From the NCBI GenBank assembly GCA_045613785.1, contig JAZLBQ010000001.1, positions 2,571 to 66,570 on the forward strand: a stretch of 64,000 nucleotides of DNA, given 5' to 3'. How positions within the stretch are numbered: the stretch's first letter is position 1; every line of letters starts with the position of its first letter. The notes beneath the pieces were generated by a model, which was not told the DNA's origin, did not search any database, and was given only the letters and a program-made list of their open reading frames with translations. The translations under genes and the position numbers were made by a program. Shown piece by piece: positions 9,828-18,931 of this stretch. Source of the DNA: Candidatus Enterousia sp. (GTDB lineage: Bacteria > Pseudomonadota > Alphaproteobacteria > Rs-D84).

Positions 9828-11981
9828 ATGAAAATTAGAGTCTTGACTGCGTTATTGGCGTTGGTTCCAGGTGTGGCAGTGGCTGCAACCCGTGATGAAA
9901 CAGCACGTATTGGTGTAAATCGTGTCGCTGCTGCTGGTGTGCGTGCACCAACAATGGCTGTGAATATGTCGCCAAATATGAGCGTTGATGTTTCTGTGCC
10001 TGCAAAGAAGGAAGATAAAAATAATTCTGTCGTGGTTCAGCCAGGTGGTGATAAGCCAAGTGGTGGTGATGATTCTGGTGAAGGTAAAGAGCCTGTTATA
10101 AATGTAAATTGTCGTGAGGCATATCGGGCTTGTATGGATGAGTTTTGTTTGTTAGATGAGTCCGAAGGTTATCGTTGTGCTTGTTCGTCTAATATCAATA
10201 AGTCGAAAGATTTAATCAAGGAAATCCAAAAAATTCAAGAAGAGGCGGATAAGTTATATACCGAAGGTGTAGAACGGGAAAATTTGGGGGCAAAAGCACG
10301 CTTGGTCTTTGGTGAAAGTGAGGCGGCTAAGAAAAGTTCTCGTGTGTCGGGGCTTAGTTTCTCGGAGTGGTTGAATTCTGGGGCGATAGATGATGAAGCC
10401 TTGGATACTGATAATGATATTGGTGACGGTTTGTATGCGATGGCTTCTGAATTCTGCTCTGCGGAATTAGAGGGGTGTGCTGATAAAGCTGAAATGGAAG
10501 AGATGTTGTATTCTCGTCAGATTGTTGCAGACTGTAAATCATTTAATTCTTATTTGTCAGAACAGAAAATAAATGCCCAGGCAAATAAACGCACTGCAGA
10601 GGCCGCAGTTCGTCAGGCACGTCTGGCGATGCTGGATACGACTGATAAATATAATCGTGGTGAATGTTTGTTGGCGTATCGGTCCTGTATCGCAGACAAA
10701 GGTGGTTGTGGGGCGAATTTTGAAAACTGTTTAGATGCGGATTTGTTGGGGCGTCGCGCGTATGCCTGTGAAAATGTTTTAGATCAGTGTATGGCGGTCA
10801 GAAATTATGTTTTGCAAGACTGGGAAGCAGAATCAGAATCAATCTTGGTAGATGCGGCAAAGTATGCCGATAAATATCGTCGTCAGACTTGTTTAGCACA
10901 AATTCAGGTTTGTTTGGAAGATGGCTGTTCGACAGGAACTAATTCTGCGTGTTTGACTGATGTCAATGTCGCAGCAGGTGTTTGTCCAATTATTGATGAA
11001 TGTAATGCAATAATCCCTGGTTTAAAAAGTGTAGTAAATGACAAATTAGGTTATCTGCGGACACAATTCTGTCAAAACGATGTTGATGCGTGCTTGCGTG
11101 ATAAGTGCGGTGAAAACTTTACTGCACCAGAGTGTGTCGGTAAAAAAACTTCTGAGATAATCGCAATGTGTCCACAGACAATGTTCCCATCATGCAAAAA
11201 TGAAACTCAGTTTGATATTATTGTGTCGGCTGCTGTTTTGCAGATGGATTATCAGATGTTGCAAGGGTGCGTAAATTATTTTGGCGAACAACTGGGTAAG
11301 GTTTGTGGCACGGATATGGCGTGCTTGCCAACTGATGATGTTGTTGCTGGCTTGATGGAAATTCCTGATTCAGAACAGGGAATGGCAGACTTGCGTGTTA
11401 CGGTTCGTGATAATTCTAAGGCGGCGGTTAATGAATTCTTTAAGCAATTTGAAAAAGATATTACTGTTTCCGCTTGTGTAGATGCAAAAAAACCAGCAGG
11501 TCGCAAGAATTTAGGAGAAAATGTATTTAATACTGCAAAGTTGATTGCTGAAATTGGTGCAGAAAATCGTGCAATGCGTGAACTGGAAGCAAAGATTGCA
11601 GAGTTGTCTCGTCAGCAGGATATAGAAGAGGCCGAAGCAAATTGTTATGCGACATATAAGGTGGAAACACCAGATAAGTCGAGTAAAAATTATAGCTATG
11701 TTCGTAGCGTTGCCTTTGAACCAAGTTTAAGAAATTGTCATGTTTGCCGTATGCAGCAGGTCTGTGAAAAGGGTGGTGAATCCAAGGGAGCAGCTGGTCT
11801 GAAAGGTGCAGCAGGTGGATTGTCAGCTGGGGCTGCGGCAGGAACTATGGTTATGCCTGGCTGGGGAACAGCAATCGGTGGTGTCATCGGTGCAGTCGGT
11901 GGATTGTTCGCAGGACGTAGTGGTGCAGGTGAACAAGAGTTCTGTCAGGAAATCGAAAGTTGCGAAGATATAAATATGTAA
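9828..11981 (+). CDS. giant secreted Cys-rich/coiled-coil protein, CMDxFC family (glycine-zipper C-terminal segment)
   Basis: GGAG RBS and signal peptide MKIRVLTALLALVPGVAVAA. Family box NCREAYRACMDEFCLLDESEGYRCACS. More than 40 Cys. C-terminal GWGTAIGGVIGAVGGLFAG, then ..CEDINM. Confidence 0.85.
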   Translation: MKIRVLTALLALVPGVAVAATRDETARIGVNRVAAAGVRAPTMAVNMSPNMSVDVSVPAKKEDKNNSVVVQPGGDKPSGGDDSGEGKEPVINVNCREAYRACMDEFCLLDESEGYRCACSSNINKSKDLIKEIQKIQEEADKLYTEGVERENLGAKARLVFGESEAAKKSSRVSGLSFSEWLNSGAIDDEALDTDNDIGDGLYAMASEFCSAELEGCADKAEMEEMLYSRQIVADCKSFNSYLSEQKINAQANKRTAEAAVRQARLAMLDTTDKYNRGECLLAYRSCIADKGGCGANFENCLDADLLGRRAYACENVLDQCMAVRNYVLQDWEAESESILVDAAKYADKYRRQTCLAQIQVCLEDGCSTGTNSACLTDVNVAAGVCPIIDECNAIIPGLKSVVNDKLGYLRTQFCQNDVDACLRDKCGENFTAPECVGKKTSEIIAMCPQTMFPSCKNETQFDIIVSAAVLQMDYQMLQGCVNYFGEQLGKVCGTDMACLPTDDVVAGLMEIPDSEQGMADLRVTVRDNSKAAVNEFFKQFEKDITVSACVDAKKPAGRKNLGENVFNTAKLIAEIGAENRAMRELEAKIAELSRQQDIEEAEANCYATYKVETPDKSSKNYSYVRSVAFEPSLRNCHVCRMQQVCEKGGESKGAAGLKGAAGGLSAGAAAGTMVMPGWGTAIGGVIGAVGGLFAGRSGAGEQEFCQEIESCEDINM

Positions 11982-12003
11982 TCTGTTTTTACGGAGAGAG
12001 TTT

Positions 12004-14508
12004 ATGAAAAGAAATATGACTGTTTTATGTTCTGTGTTGTGTGCCCTGGCAATGTTGCCAGGGAACAATGCGTTTGGAGCAACCATCAAAAAAACGACAA
12101 AGCAGTCGGCAATTCAAAAGGGAACTACTGTCAGAGCAAAAACTTCTGCGAATGGGTTGTATGATCAGGCGTGTTATGATGCATATTATGGATGTATGGA
12201 TCAATTTTGTATCTCTGAAAATGAATCAGGTGGCAGTTGTGCATGCAGCGATTTAAATCAGGGCTATAATGAACAGTTGTTGGATATTCAAAAAACTTTG
12301 GCCGAGGCAGAACGTGTCGCAACTGAAGAAGTAGAAAAGGTAAAACTTGGGGCAAATGCTGATATTGTATTTACAGGGACACGTAAATATGATGAAAATG
12401 GTAATTTGCTAGATGTTGATGAAATTGAAACTGAAACAGCGTCTAAGGAAAAAAAACGTGCCGATTTAATGGCGTTGTGGGATGCTAATTTAGGCGAAGA
12501 AGATGAAGATGTCTTTGCTAATGATGTGCTAGATATCGCAGATTTAACTGGTGATGCATTGTATGCAGCTGCTGAAGAGATTTGTTTGGCTCAGGTGCCT
12601 GATTCTTGTGCAAAAGATATGACTTTGTTGAAAAATATGTATTCTCGACAAATTGTTTCGGATTGCAAGGGGTTCGAAAATAGTATTGCACAGAAAAAAG
12701 CAGAGGCTGATTCTGCATTGGCACAGGCAAATGCTGATGTAAGAAGTGCATTAAAGGAATCGCTGGATGCGTCAAACAAGTATGATTTAGGGCAGTGTAT
12801 GGTTCAATTTAAGAACTGTATGAAAACAGATGATGCATGTGGTGAAAATTGGGAAAACTGTGTGTTCACTGTTGCGTCTGAAAATATGCAAAATAATATC
12901 GCAAAAAGCACCGCAGGAACAACAATCGCAACTGTGAATAAATATGATATCACAGAATCTACAATGGAAATTCTAAATTCAAAACGCACTATTTGTGAAA
13001 ATATCCTGGGGCAGTGTGTGAAGGTTCGTGATATGGTTTGGCCTGCTTTCCTGCGTGAGGCTGCACCAACAATCAAGGTGGCAGAAAGTGCGGCAGAATC
13101 TAAATTCCGTCAATCTTGTCTGACAAATATTTCTGGCTGTATTCAAAAGGCTTGTCGTGATGATATTGTCGGACGGGGCGTTGATACAATGGACGCTTGT
13201 CTGTCACGACCAGATATGGTGCGTAGTTTCTGTAAGGTTGAAATCGACCCGTGTGAACGTATGGAACCGTTGATTTGGGGGTATGTAAAAGATAAATTAG
13301 CAGCAATGCGTGTTGATGTTTGCACAAATGAAGTAAAAGAGTGTTTTACAGCAGAAACACGTTGTGGTGAAAATTTCCAGAACTGTATTGGTATGGATTA
13401 TGATTATATTCACGATATTTGTCCAATCGATAGTTTGGTTGTTTGCAAGGCTAATAATCCAGAATTTTCAATGGATGATTTGGATTCTATGTTGATGGGG
13501 CTGTATCTGAATATTGATAATTCAGCATTAGATCAATGTCAAGAACTGGTCGATCGCAAGATGGCAGAAATATGTGGTAGCACAACTGACTGTAATCGAT
13601 TTGCTAGCGATGATACAATTGGAACGGGCAGTTTGCGTTCTCAGAAAGACGGCACAGTTTATCGTGTAACTGGTATGATTTCTTTTGGTTCTATTAAGAT
13701 GGGTGATGCATCAGGACGAATGCTTGATGAGGGAAAGGATGATGCCATAAAGTTGGGGCCGGGTGAAATCGGTGTTGCTGAATATTTGCAGCAAATTCGT
13801 GATCGTAATGTAGGCGTTCAAAATGCAGATGGTATTATTTCAAGTATCGAGGAAGAATTGAATAATATCGCAGGAACAATCAATCGGACAATTGAAATGA
13901 TTGAATCTGACCCTGAAATTCAGTTCTGTGTTAGTGGGCGTGATTTGTCGCAAATTACAGGTAAAAAGGGTAAAACGACGGCTCGTTTCCCAAATCTGTT
14001 GAATCAGGTTAAAATGCAGATTGCGATTGCTGCACTGCGTCAGGCCCAGGATAATTATAATGCAAAATTTAATACCGCTGTTGCAGAGGCAACAAAAGAT
14101 GCATCTGCGGATATTGCACAATATATGTGTCATAAGATGGCGGAAGTAGGTGCAACAACGTTGAAAAGTCCAAATGTTGATTTGGCACCACCATATGCAA
14201 TCAGTTATGATGTTGGCACAGGACTTGTGACAGAAGATTTAACAACCGGTGGACATGCTGTTCAGGATCTGGCCAAGGTTAATTTCAAAAATGGTGGATA
14301 TCTGGGTGGTGCAAAAATGGATATGAATTCGGGGACCAAGGAAACCTCGGCTGTGTTTAATCGTGAGACAAGAACTTGTCATGTTTGCACAACAATAGTA
14401 ACACAAAGTTGTAAAACTACAGGCAGTTCGTCGTGGTTCCATAATAGTCGCAAGATTGACTGTAAAACAAATGATCCGATTGAAAAATGTGAAGATATTC
14501 CAATGTAA
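12004..14508 (+). CDS. giant secreted Cys-rich/coiled-coil protein, CMDxFC family (tandem paralogue)
   Basis: Lies 22 nt after the previous gene and has a signal peptide. Family box ACYDAYYGCMDQFCISENESGGSCACS. Colinear with 9828..11981, for example YSRQIVSDCKGF vs YSRQIVADCKSF and CGENWENC vs CGANFENC. Ends ..CEDIPM. Confidence 0.85.
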   Translation: MKRNMTVLCSVLCALAMLPGNNAFGATIKKTTKQSAIQKGTTVRAKTSANGLYDQACYDAYYGCMDQFCISENESGGSCACSDLNQGYNEQLLDIQKTLAEAERVATEEVEKVKLGANADIVFTGTRKYDENGNLLDVDEIETETASKEKKRADLMALWDANLGEEDEDVFANDVLDIADLTGDALYAAAEEICLAQVPDSCAKDMTLLKNMYSRQIVSDCKGFENSIAQKKAEADSALAQANADVRSALKESLDASNKYDLGQCMVQFKNCMKTDDACGENWENCVFTVASENMQNNIAKSTAGTTIATVNKYDITESTMEILNSKRTICENILGQCVKVRDMVWPAFLREAAPTIKVAESAAESKFRQSCLTNISGCIQKACRDDIVGRGVDTMDACLSRPDMVRSFCKVEIDPCERMEPLIWGYVKDKLAAMRVDVCTNEVKECFTAETRCGENFQNCIGMDYDYIHDICPIDSLVVCKANNPEFSMDDLDSMLMGLYLNIDNSALDQCQELVDRKMAEICGSTTDCNRFASDDTIGTGSLRSQKDGTVYRVTGMISFGSIKMGDASGRMLDEGKDDAIKLGPGEIGVAEYLQQIRDRNVGVQNADGIISSIEEELNNIAGTINRTIEMIESDPEIQFCVSGRDLSQITGKKGKTTARFPNLLNQVKMQIAIAALRQAQDNYNAKFNTAVAEATKDASADIAQYMCHKMAEVGATTLKSPNVDLAPPYAISYDVGTGLVTEDLTTGGHAVQDLAKVNFKNGGYLGGAKMDMNSGTKETSAVFNRETRTCHVCTTIVTQSCKTTGSSSWFHNSRKIDCKTNDPIEKCEDIPM

Positions 14509-14510
14509 AT

Positions 14511-14543
14511 AAAAAAGCAGGCCCTTTTGGGTCTGTTTTTTTT
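14511..14543 (+). terminator. rho-independent terminator
   Basis: GCAGGCCC-TTTT-GGGTCTGT followed by T8. Confidence 0.8.
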
Positions 14544-14623
14544 ATGTATTTTTTCCTGGACAATTTTAGATGTTGTTATGTTATAATCGTATTACAAGAA
14601 CGATTTAACCAAAGGGGACGATT

Positions 14624-15010
14624 ATGAAAAAACTTTCAATGGCGGTGTTGGTTGGTGTTATGTCTGTTGGTGCGGCGTTTGCTGAATTTGAAGGGCCAGC
14701 AGCACCTGATGCAGTTGCAACAAATCCTAAGGGTGGTTTTGTTGGCGGTGCAGAAACAATTGTGACGGTAAAGCAAGTAAATGAAATGCGTGATGATGTT
14801 CCTGTGATTGTCAAGGGGCATATTGTTCAGCGTATGGGTGATGAAAAGTATTTGTTTGAGGATTCGACTGGTTCAATTGCTGTGGAAATTGATGAAGATA
14901 ACTGGCGTGGTCAAACGGTAACACCTGCTGATACAGTTAAATTGTATGGCGAGGTTGACCGTGGATTATTCAAAACAGAAATCGATATTGATTATGTTGA
15001 AAAGTTGTAA
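14624..15010 (+). CDS. periplasmic OB-fold stress protein, YgiW/YdeI (BOF) family
   Basis: 128 aa with a signal peptide. GGFVGGAETIVTVKQV..DDVPVIVKGHIVQRMGDEKYLFEDSTGSIAVEIDEDNW..VKLYGEVD is the typical YgiW pattern. Confidence 0.8.
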   Translation: MKKLSMAVLVGVMSVGAAFAEFEGPAAPDAVATNPKGGFVGGAETIVTVKQVNEMRDDVPVIVKGHIVQRMGDEKYLFEDSTGSIAVEIDEDNWRGQTVTPADTVKLYGEVDRGLFKTEIDIDYVEKL

Positions 15011-15040
15011 AAAAAATCCCCCAGTTGGGGGATTTTTTTT
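15009..15040 (+). terminator. rho-independent terminator (TCCCC/GGGGA family)
   Basis: A8-TCCCCC-AGTT-GGGGGA-T8. Confidence 0.85.
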
Positions 15041-15278
15041 CTCTATATGGGGTGCTTTTTTGTATCTTTTGATTTTAACCCCAATCCCCGGGCGGGGGGT
15101 ATTTTTTTATGGGCGGGATAGTTTTGTGCTTGTGACACGATTTGATTATATGGAACGTCAAATAATGATCTGAATTGACTGTAATTTTGGGCAAAATTGC
15201 CCGTTGTGATAATCTTTATCAAATTTTCCTAAGGGCTGGACAGTGTGGGAAAATAGTCGATTTAATGTGTTCGGACTT

Positions 15279-15842
15279 TTATTTGTTTAGGGCGGTGTTG
15301 ATTTCCGCAAAGTTGTCTTTTGCATCGCCAGCAGCATCGATTTCAGAAAACTTTATATCAGGTGCAGTGCGAAGCCATTTTACAGCAGGCATTGTTATTT
15401 TTTGAAAGTTTTCTAATCTGTGTTTGATTATCTTTATTGCAGAGTCATCGGAACGGGTGCTGCCTTCGTTGACACGTTTTTGTATGCGTTTAATCAATGT
15501 TTGTTCGTCTGTATTTAGAAATAATACGTGTATATTGTATTTATTTGCATAATTTTTAACTAGCCATTTTGCTTGACCCAAGGTTCGTGGAAATCCATCT
15601 AAAATGATGTCGGATTTCTTTTTGTCCAGGCGTGGTTGTATTAGCTTGCAGACCAATTCATCTGGAACTAGGTCGCCTCCGGATATCAATTTCCCAATCT
15701 GAGAATTTGCAGGTTCAGCACGCAGCATAGCACCAGCTTCGATATGGTCAAAGTGGCGTTTGGTCATCAGCATTTGTGAAAAAGTTCCCTTGCCAACGCC
15801 GGGGCCACCCATCATAACAATAATTTCTTTCTTTTCAGACAT
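15279..15842 (-). CDS. adk: short-type adenylate kinase / UMP-CMP kinase family protein
   Basis: P-loop GGPGVGKGT, DGFPRTLGQA, and a lid-less RSDDSAIKIIKHRLENF segment as in short AK/UMP-CMP kinases. Lies directly downstream of rpsA. Confidence 0.8.
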   Translation of the reverse strand: MSEKKEIIVMMGGPGVGKGTFSQMLMTKRHFDHIEAGAMLRAEPANSQIGKLISGGDLVPDELVCKLIQPRLDKKKSDIILDGFPRTLGQAKWLVKNYANKYNIHVLFLNTDEQTLIKRIQKRVNEGSTRSDDSAIKIIKHRLENFQKITMPAVKWLRTAPDIKFSEIDAAGDAKDNFAEINTALNK

Positions 15843-15914
15843 AGTGTAATTGTATCATAAAAAACACGGTCGGGCAAGGTTGCACGACCGTGAAACAATT
15901 CATAAATATACAAA

Positions 15915-17630
15915 TTATTTTTTGCTGTTTTCAATCGCAGCACCCAAGATGTCGCCCAAAACAGAACCGCTGTCTGCTTCGTTCGAGAATTCTTTGACTG
16001 CTTGCTTTTCCAGTGTTACCTGCAAAGCACGGATTGACAGTTTAACAGTGTTGTCTTCAACAGATACAACAGATGCTTCGACGCTGTCGCCGATGTTGTA
16101 TTTGCTTGTGTCCTGTTCTGATTTTTCACGAGACAGGTCTGTGCGGCGAATAACGCCACGGATGTCGCCCTGTAATGACAAAATCAATTCGTCTGGTGTG
16201 ATTTCAGATACAGTTCCGCAAACTACTGCACCTTTTTTGATTGCAGCAGCATTGTTTTCGGCACTTTCTGTCAACTGTTTGATGCCCAATGTAACACGTT
16301 CTTTTTCTGGGTTGATGTCCAGAATCTTGGCTGTTACTTCCTGGCCACGAACGAATTTTTTCAATTCTTCTTCGTCCAGTTTGTTCCATGACAAGTCAGA
16401 AATGTGAACCATACCGTCTAATTCTGATGTCAAGGCAACGAACAAGCCAAATTCAGTTGTGTTCTTGATTGGACCTGTGATTACATCGCCAACATTGTGT
16501 GTTTCTGCAAACTGTTTCCATGGATTTGGTTGCAGTTGTTTATAACCCAATGAAATACGACGTTTGTCTTGGTCAATGCCCAATACAACAACGTTTACAT
16601 CCTGACCGTTTTGCAAAACTTTGCTTGGGTGGATGTTCTTGTTTGTCCATGACAATTCTGACATGTGAACCAAACCTTCGATGTTGTTGCCCAAGTCAAT
16701 GAATGCACCGTAATCTGTCAAAGACGATACCTTGCCAGAAACTGTGTCGCCAACGTTGAATGCACGTGATGCTGTTTCCCATGGGTCTTCTTCCAGTTGT
16801 TTCATACCCAATGAGATACGATGTGATTCTGCGTCGAATTGGATAACTTTGACCTGAATCTTTTCGCCAACATGAACCAATTCACGTGGGTGATTTACAC
16901 GCTTCCATGACAGGTCTGTGACGTGCAACAAGCCGTCAATGCCGCCTAAGTCAACGAATACACCATAATCTGTGATGTTTTTAACAGTTCCTTCCAGAAC
17001 TGCACCCAATGAAATGTTCTTCATTGCTTCACGTTGTGCAGCAGCGATTGTGTCAGACTGGATTGCACGGCGTGATACGATGGCGTTTGTGCGTAATGCG
17101 TCCATCTTTAGAACACGGAATTTGTCCTTTAAGCCAATCAAAGATTTTGCATCACGGATTGGTTTATGGTCAACCTGAGATGATGGCATAAATGCAAATA
17201 CGCCATTGATGTCAACTGTAAAGCCACCACGGACAACGTCAATAATTGTTCCTTCTGGATCAATACCTTCGGCAACTGTCTTTTCCAAGTCTTTCCATGC
17301 TTTTTCTGCACGTGCCTTGGTGTATGACAGAACTGCTGTGCCTTCACGAGATTCATAACGTTCAACAAAAACGTCGATGATATCGCCAATGCTTGGAACA
17401 GATGCACCAAATTCTTTTAATGGAACCCGGCCTTCGGATTTCAAGCCAACGTCAACCATTGCGAAATCGCCACGGATATCCTTGACTGTGCCTTTGGTTG
17501 CATAGCCTTGCAATGTTTCCTGAGAGCCATAGTTTGTGTTAAACATCTGGACAAAATCTTCGCCAGATAATGGATTAAATAAATCTTTGGATAAATCTTT
17601 CATAAGAAAATATTCATCAAAGTTTGCCAT
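15915..17630 (-). CDS. rpsA: 30S ribosomal protein S1
   Basis: Six S1 repeats, for example GTVKDIRGDFAMVDVGLKSEGRVPLKEF and GTVKNITDYGVFVDLGGIDGLLHVTDLSW. Start set at the ATG at 17630 (MANFDEYF..), giving 571 aa, the typical alphaproteobacterial length. Confidence 0.95.
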   Translation of the reverse strand: MANFDEYFLMKDLSKDLFNPLSGEDFVQMFNTNYGSQETLQGYATKGTVKDIRGDFAMVDVGLKSEGRVPLKEFGASVPSIGDIIDVFVERYESREGTAVLSYTKARAEKAWKDLEKTVAEGIDPEGTIIDVVRGGFTVDINGVFAFMPSSQVDHKPIRDAKSLIGLKDKFRVLKMDALRTNAIVSRRAIQSDTIAAAQREAMKNISLGAVLEGTVKNITDYGVFVDLGGIDGLLHVTDLSWKRVNHPRELVHVGEKIQVKVIQFDAESHRISLGMKQLEEDPWETASRAFNVGDTVSGKVSSLTDYGAFIDLGNNIEGLVHMSELSWTNKNIHPSKVLQNGQDVNVVVLGIDQDKRRISLGYKQLQPNPWKQFAETHNVGDVITGPIKNTTEFGLFVALTSELDGMVHISDLSWNKLDEEELKKFVRGQEVTAKILDINPEKERVTLGIKQLTESAENNAAAIKKGAVVCGTVSEITPDELILSLQGDIRGVIRRTDLSREKSEQDTSKYNIGDSVEASVVSVEDNTVKLSIRALQVTLEKQAVKEFSNEADSGSVLGDILGAAIENSKK

Positions 17631-17750
17631 CGCCAAATCTTTGTTTTTTATAGCGAGGACTTGTGGGGTTAGTCGGATTGATTCTGTGCCCACCCACAAA
17701 ATCAGTGTAATTATATATAACTTTATGATTTTTGCAAGTTTTTATTGGAT

Positions 17751-17775
17751 AAAAAAATCCCCGCAGGTGCGGGGA
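17751..17775 (-). terminator. rho-independent terminator
   Basis: Minus strand: TCCCCGCA-CC-TGCGGGGA followed by T7, just after the stop of 17780..18859. Confidence 0.8.
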
Positions 17776-17779
17776 AGGA

Positions 17780-18859
17780 TTAGTCTATTTTGACAGGAAC
17801 TATCGTTTGCTTCTTGGCTGTGTCCAGTGAGTGATATTGGAACGGAACAGATGCAAAATTTATCTCTTTCATGTCCAGACTGCGGACTGTGCGATTATAC
17901 ATCGTATGATAGTATATAACCATATCTTTTAGGTCTGTGGCAACAGTCCACTGGGTGGCCGAAGGCATATTGTTTGGGGCAGTACCTACTGCAAACTGAA
18001 CGCCCAGGGGAACGTCAAAGTTGTTCAGGATATGAAAGGCCTGTTGAATTGTGTCGTATGCATTATCTTGCTGTAAAGAGTAGGTTTTTAAGAATGCTGC
18101 ACGGACAAAGCGTGATGGTGGTGTAAAGTCGCCTGGCAAGCCCAAGAATCCAGAACCAGAACCGAATGAACGCAGTTTAATTGGACCGAACTCGGTTGGG
18201 CCAGCACCACCAGGATGCAGGTTTACATAGTTGTTCAGGTTCGTTAGTTGCCATTGGAATCCTGGGGAATTGGTCAGGACGCCGACTTCGTTTTCGTAAA
18301 AGTTTGGAATGCCATTTACAATTTCCAAGACAACTTGGCGACCATTGGGTTCGGTTATTCGCCAATGGACCGTGCCGGCATTTGGATCAACGTTTATGAT
18401 ACGGACATCATTGATGGCTGCTTTGACTTGGTCGATTGTGGCAAAGCGTGATAATATCCAAGATACAACCTGGAAATCAGCCAAGGATATGTCTTTGTTG
18501 GCTTCGTTATATGGTTCGTAACTGCCGTAGTTTGGAAAGTAAAACAGGGCGGCAGACAGACCGGCTTCGTTTGTGCCGTCGATTATAAATTCAGGCTGTT
18601 CGGTTGCGATGCCGGCATATCCATAGAGTGATGTAAATGACAGGCCGTTCATTGTGCCGTCTGGCAGTAATGATTGGGCAGCATGCCCACGTGGAACAAT
18701 GACATACATATTGTTGTTTTCAGAACCTGACCAGTCCATTGTTCGGGCAACAACAGTTGTGTTGTCTAGTGATTTTAATGTGATGCCTGTGCAGGCGTTT
18801 GATGATTGAATCAGTGCAAGGCACATGGTTAGTGTGGATAAAAATAGTAAATGTTTCAT
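17780..18859 (-). CDS. choloylglycine hydrolase family protein (bile-salt hydrolase / penicillin V acylase-like Ntn hydrolase), secreted
   Basis: Signal peptide ending ..IQSSNA, followed by the nucleophile Cys (CTGITLKS..VVARTMDW). The length and motifs are typical of linear amide C-N hydrolases. Confidence 0.85.
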   Translation of the reverse strand: MKHLLFLSTLTMCLALIQSSNACTGITLKSLDNTTVVARTMDWSGSENNNMYVIVPRGHAAQSLLPDGTMNGLSFTSLYGYAGIATEQPEFIIDGTNEAGLSAALFYFPNYGSYEPYNEANKDISLADFQVVSWILSRFATIDQVKAAINDVRIINVDPNAGTVHWRITEPNGRQVVLEIVNGIPNFYENEVGVLTNSPGFQWQLTNLNNYVNLHPGGAGPTEFGPIKLRSFGSGSGFLGLPGDFTPPSRFVRAAFLKTYSLQQDNAYDTIQQAFHILNNFDVPLGVQFAVGTAPNNMPSATQWTVATDLKDMVIYYHTMYNRTVRSLDMKEINFASVPFQYHSLDTAKKQTIVPVKID

Positions 18860-18931
18860 TTGTTTCCCCCTTTGACAGAATTATTTATGTTTTAGTGGGG
18901 GTAGGGCAATAGGAAGCATTGCCAGGGGATT

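Noticed and set aside
15041-15278. 238-nt gap after the ygiW-like gene, examined for an sRNA or small ORF
   Set aside because: It contains only a second weak hairpin (CCCC-GGGC-GGGG followed by a T run, near 15085..15108) and a GGGCAAAATTGCCC stem. I could support no promoter/terminator pair and no conserved RNA motif.
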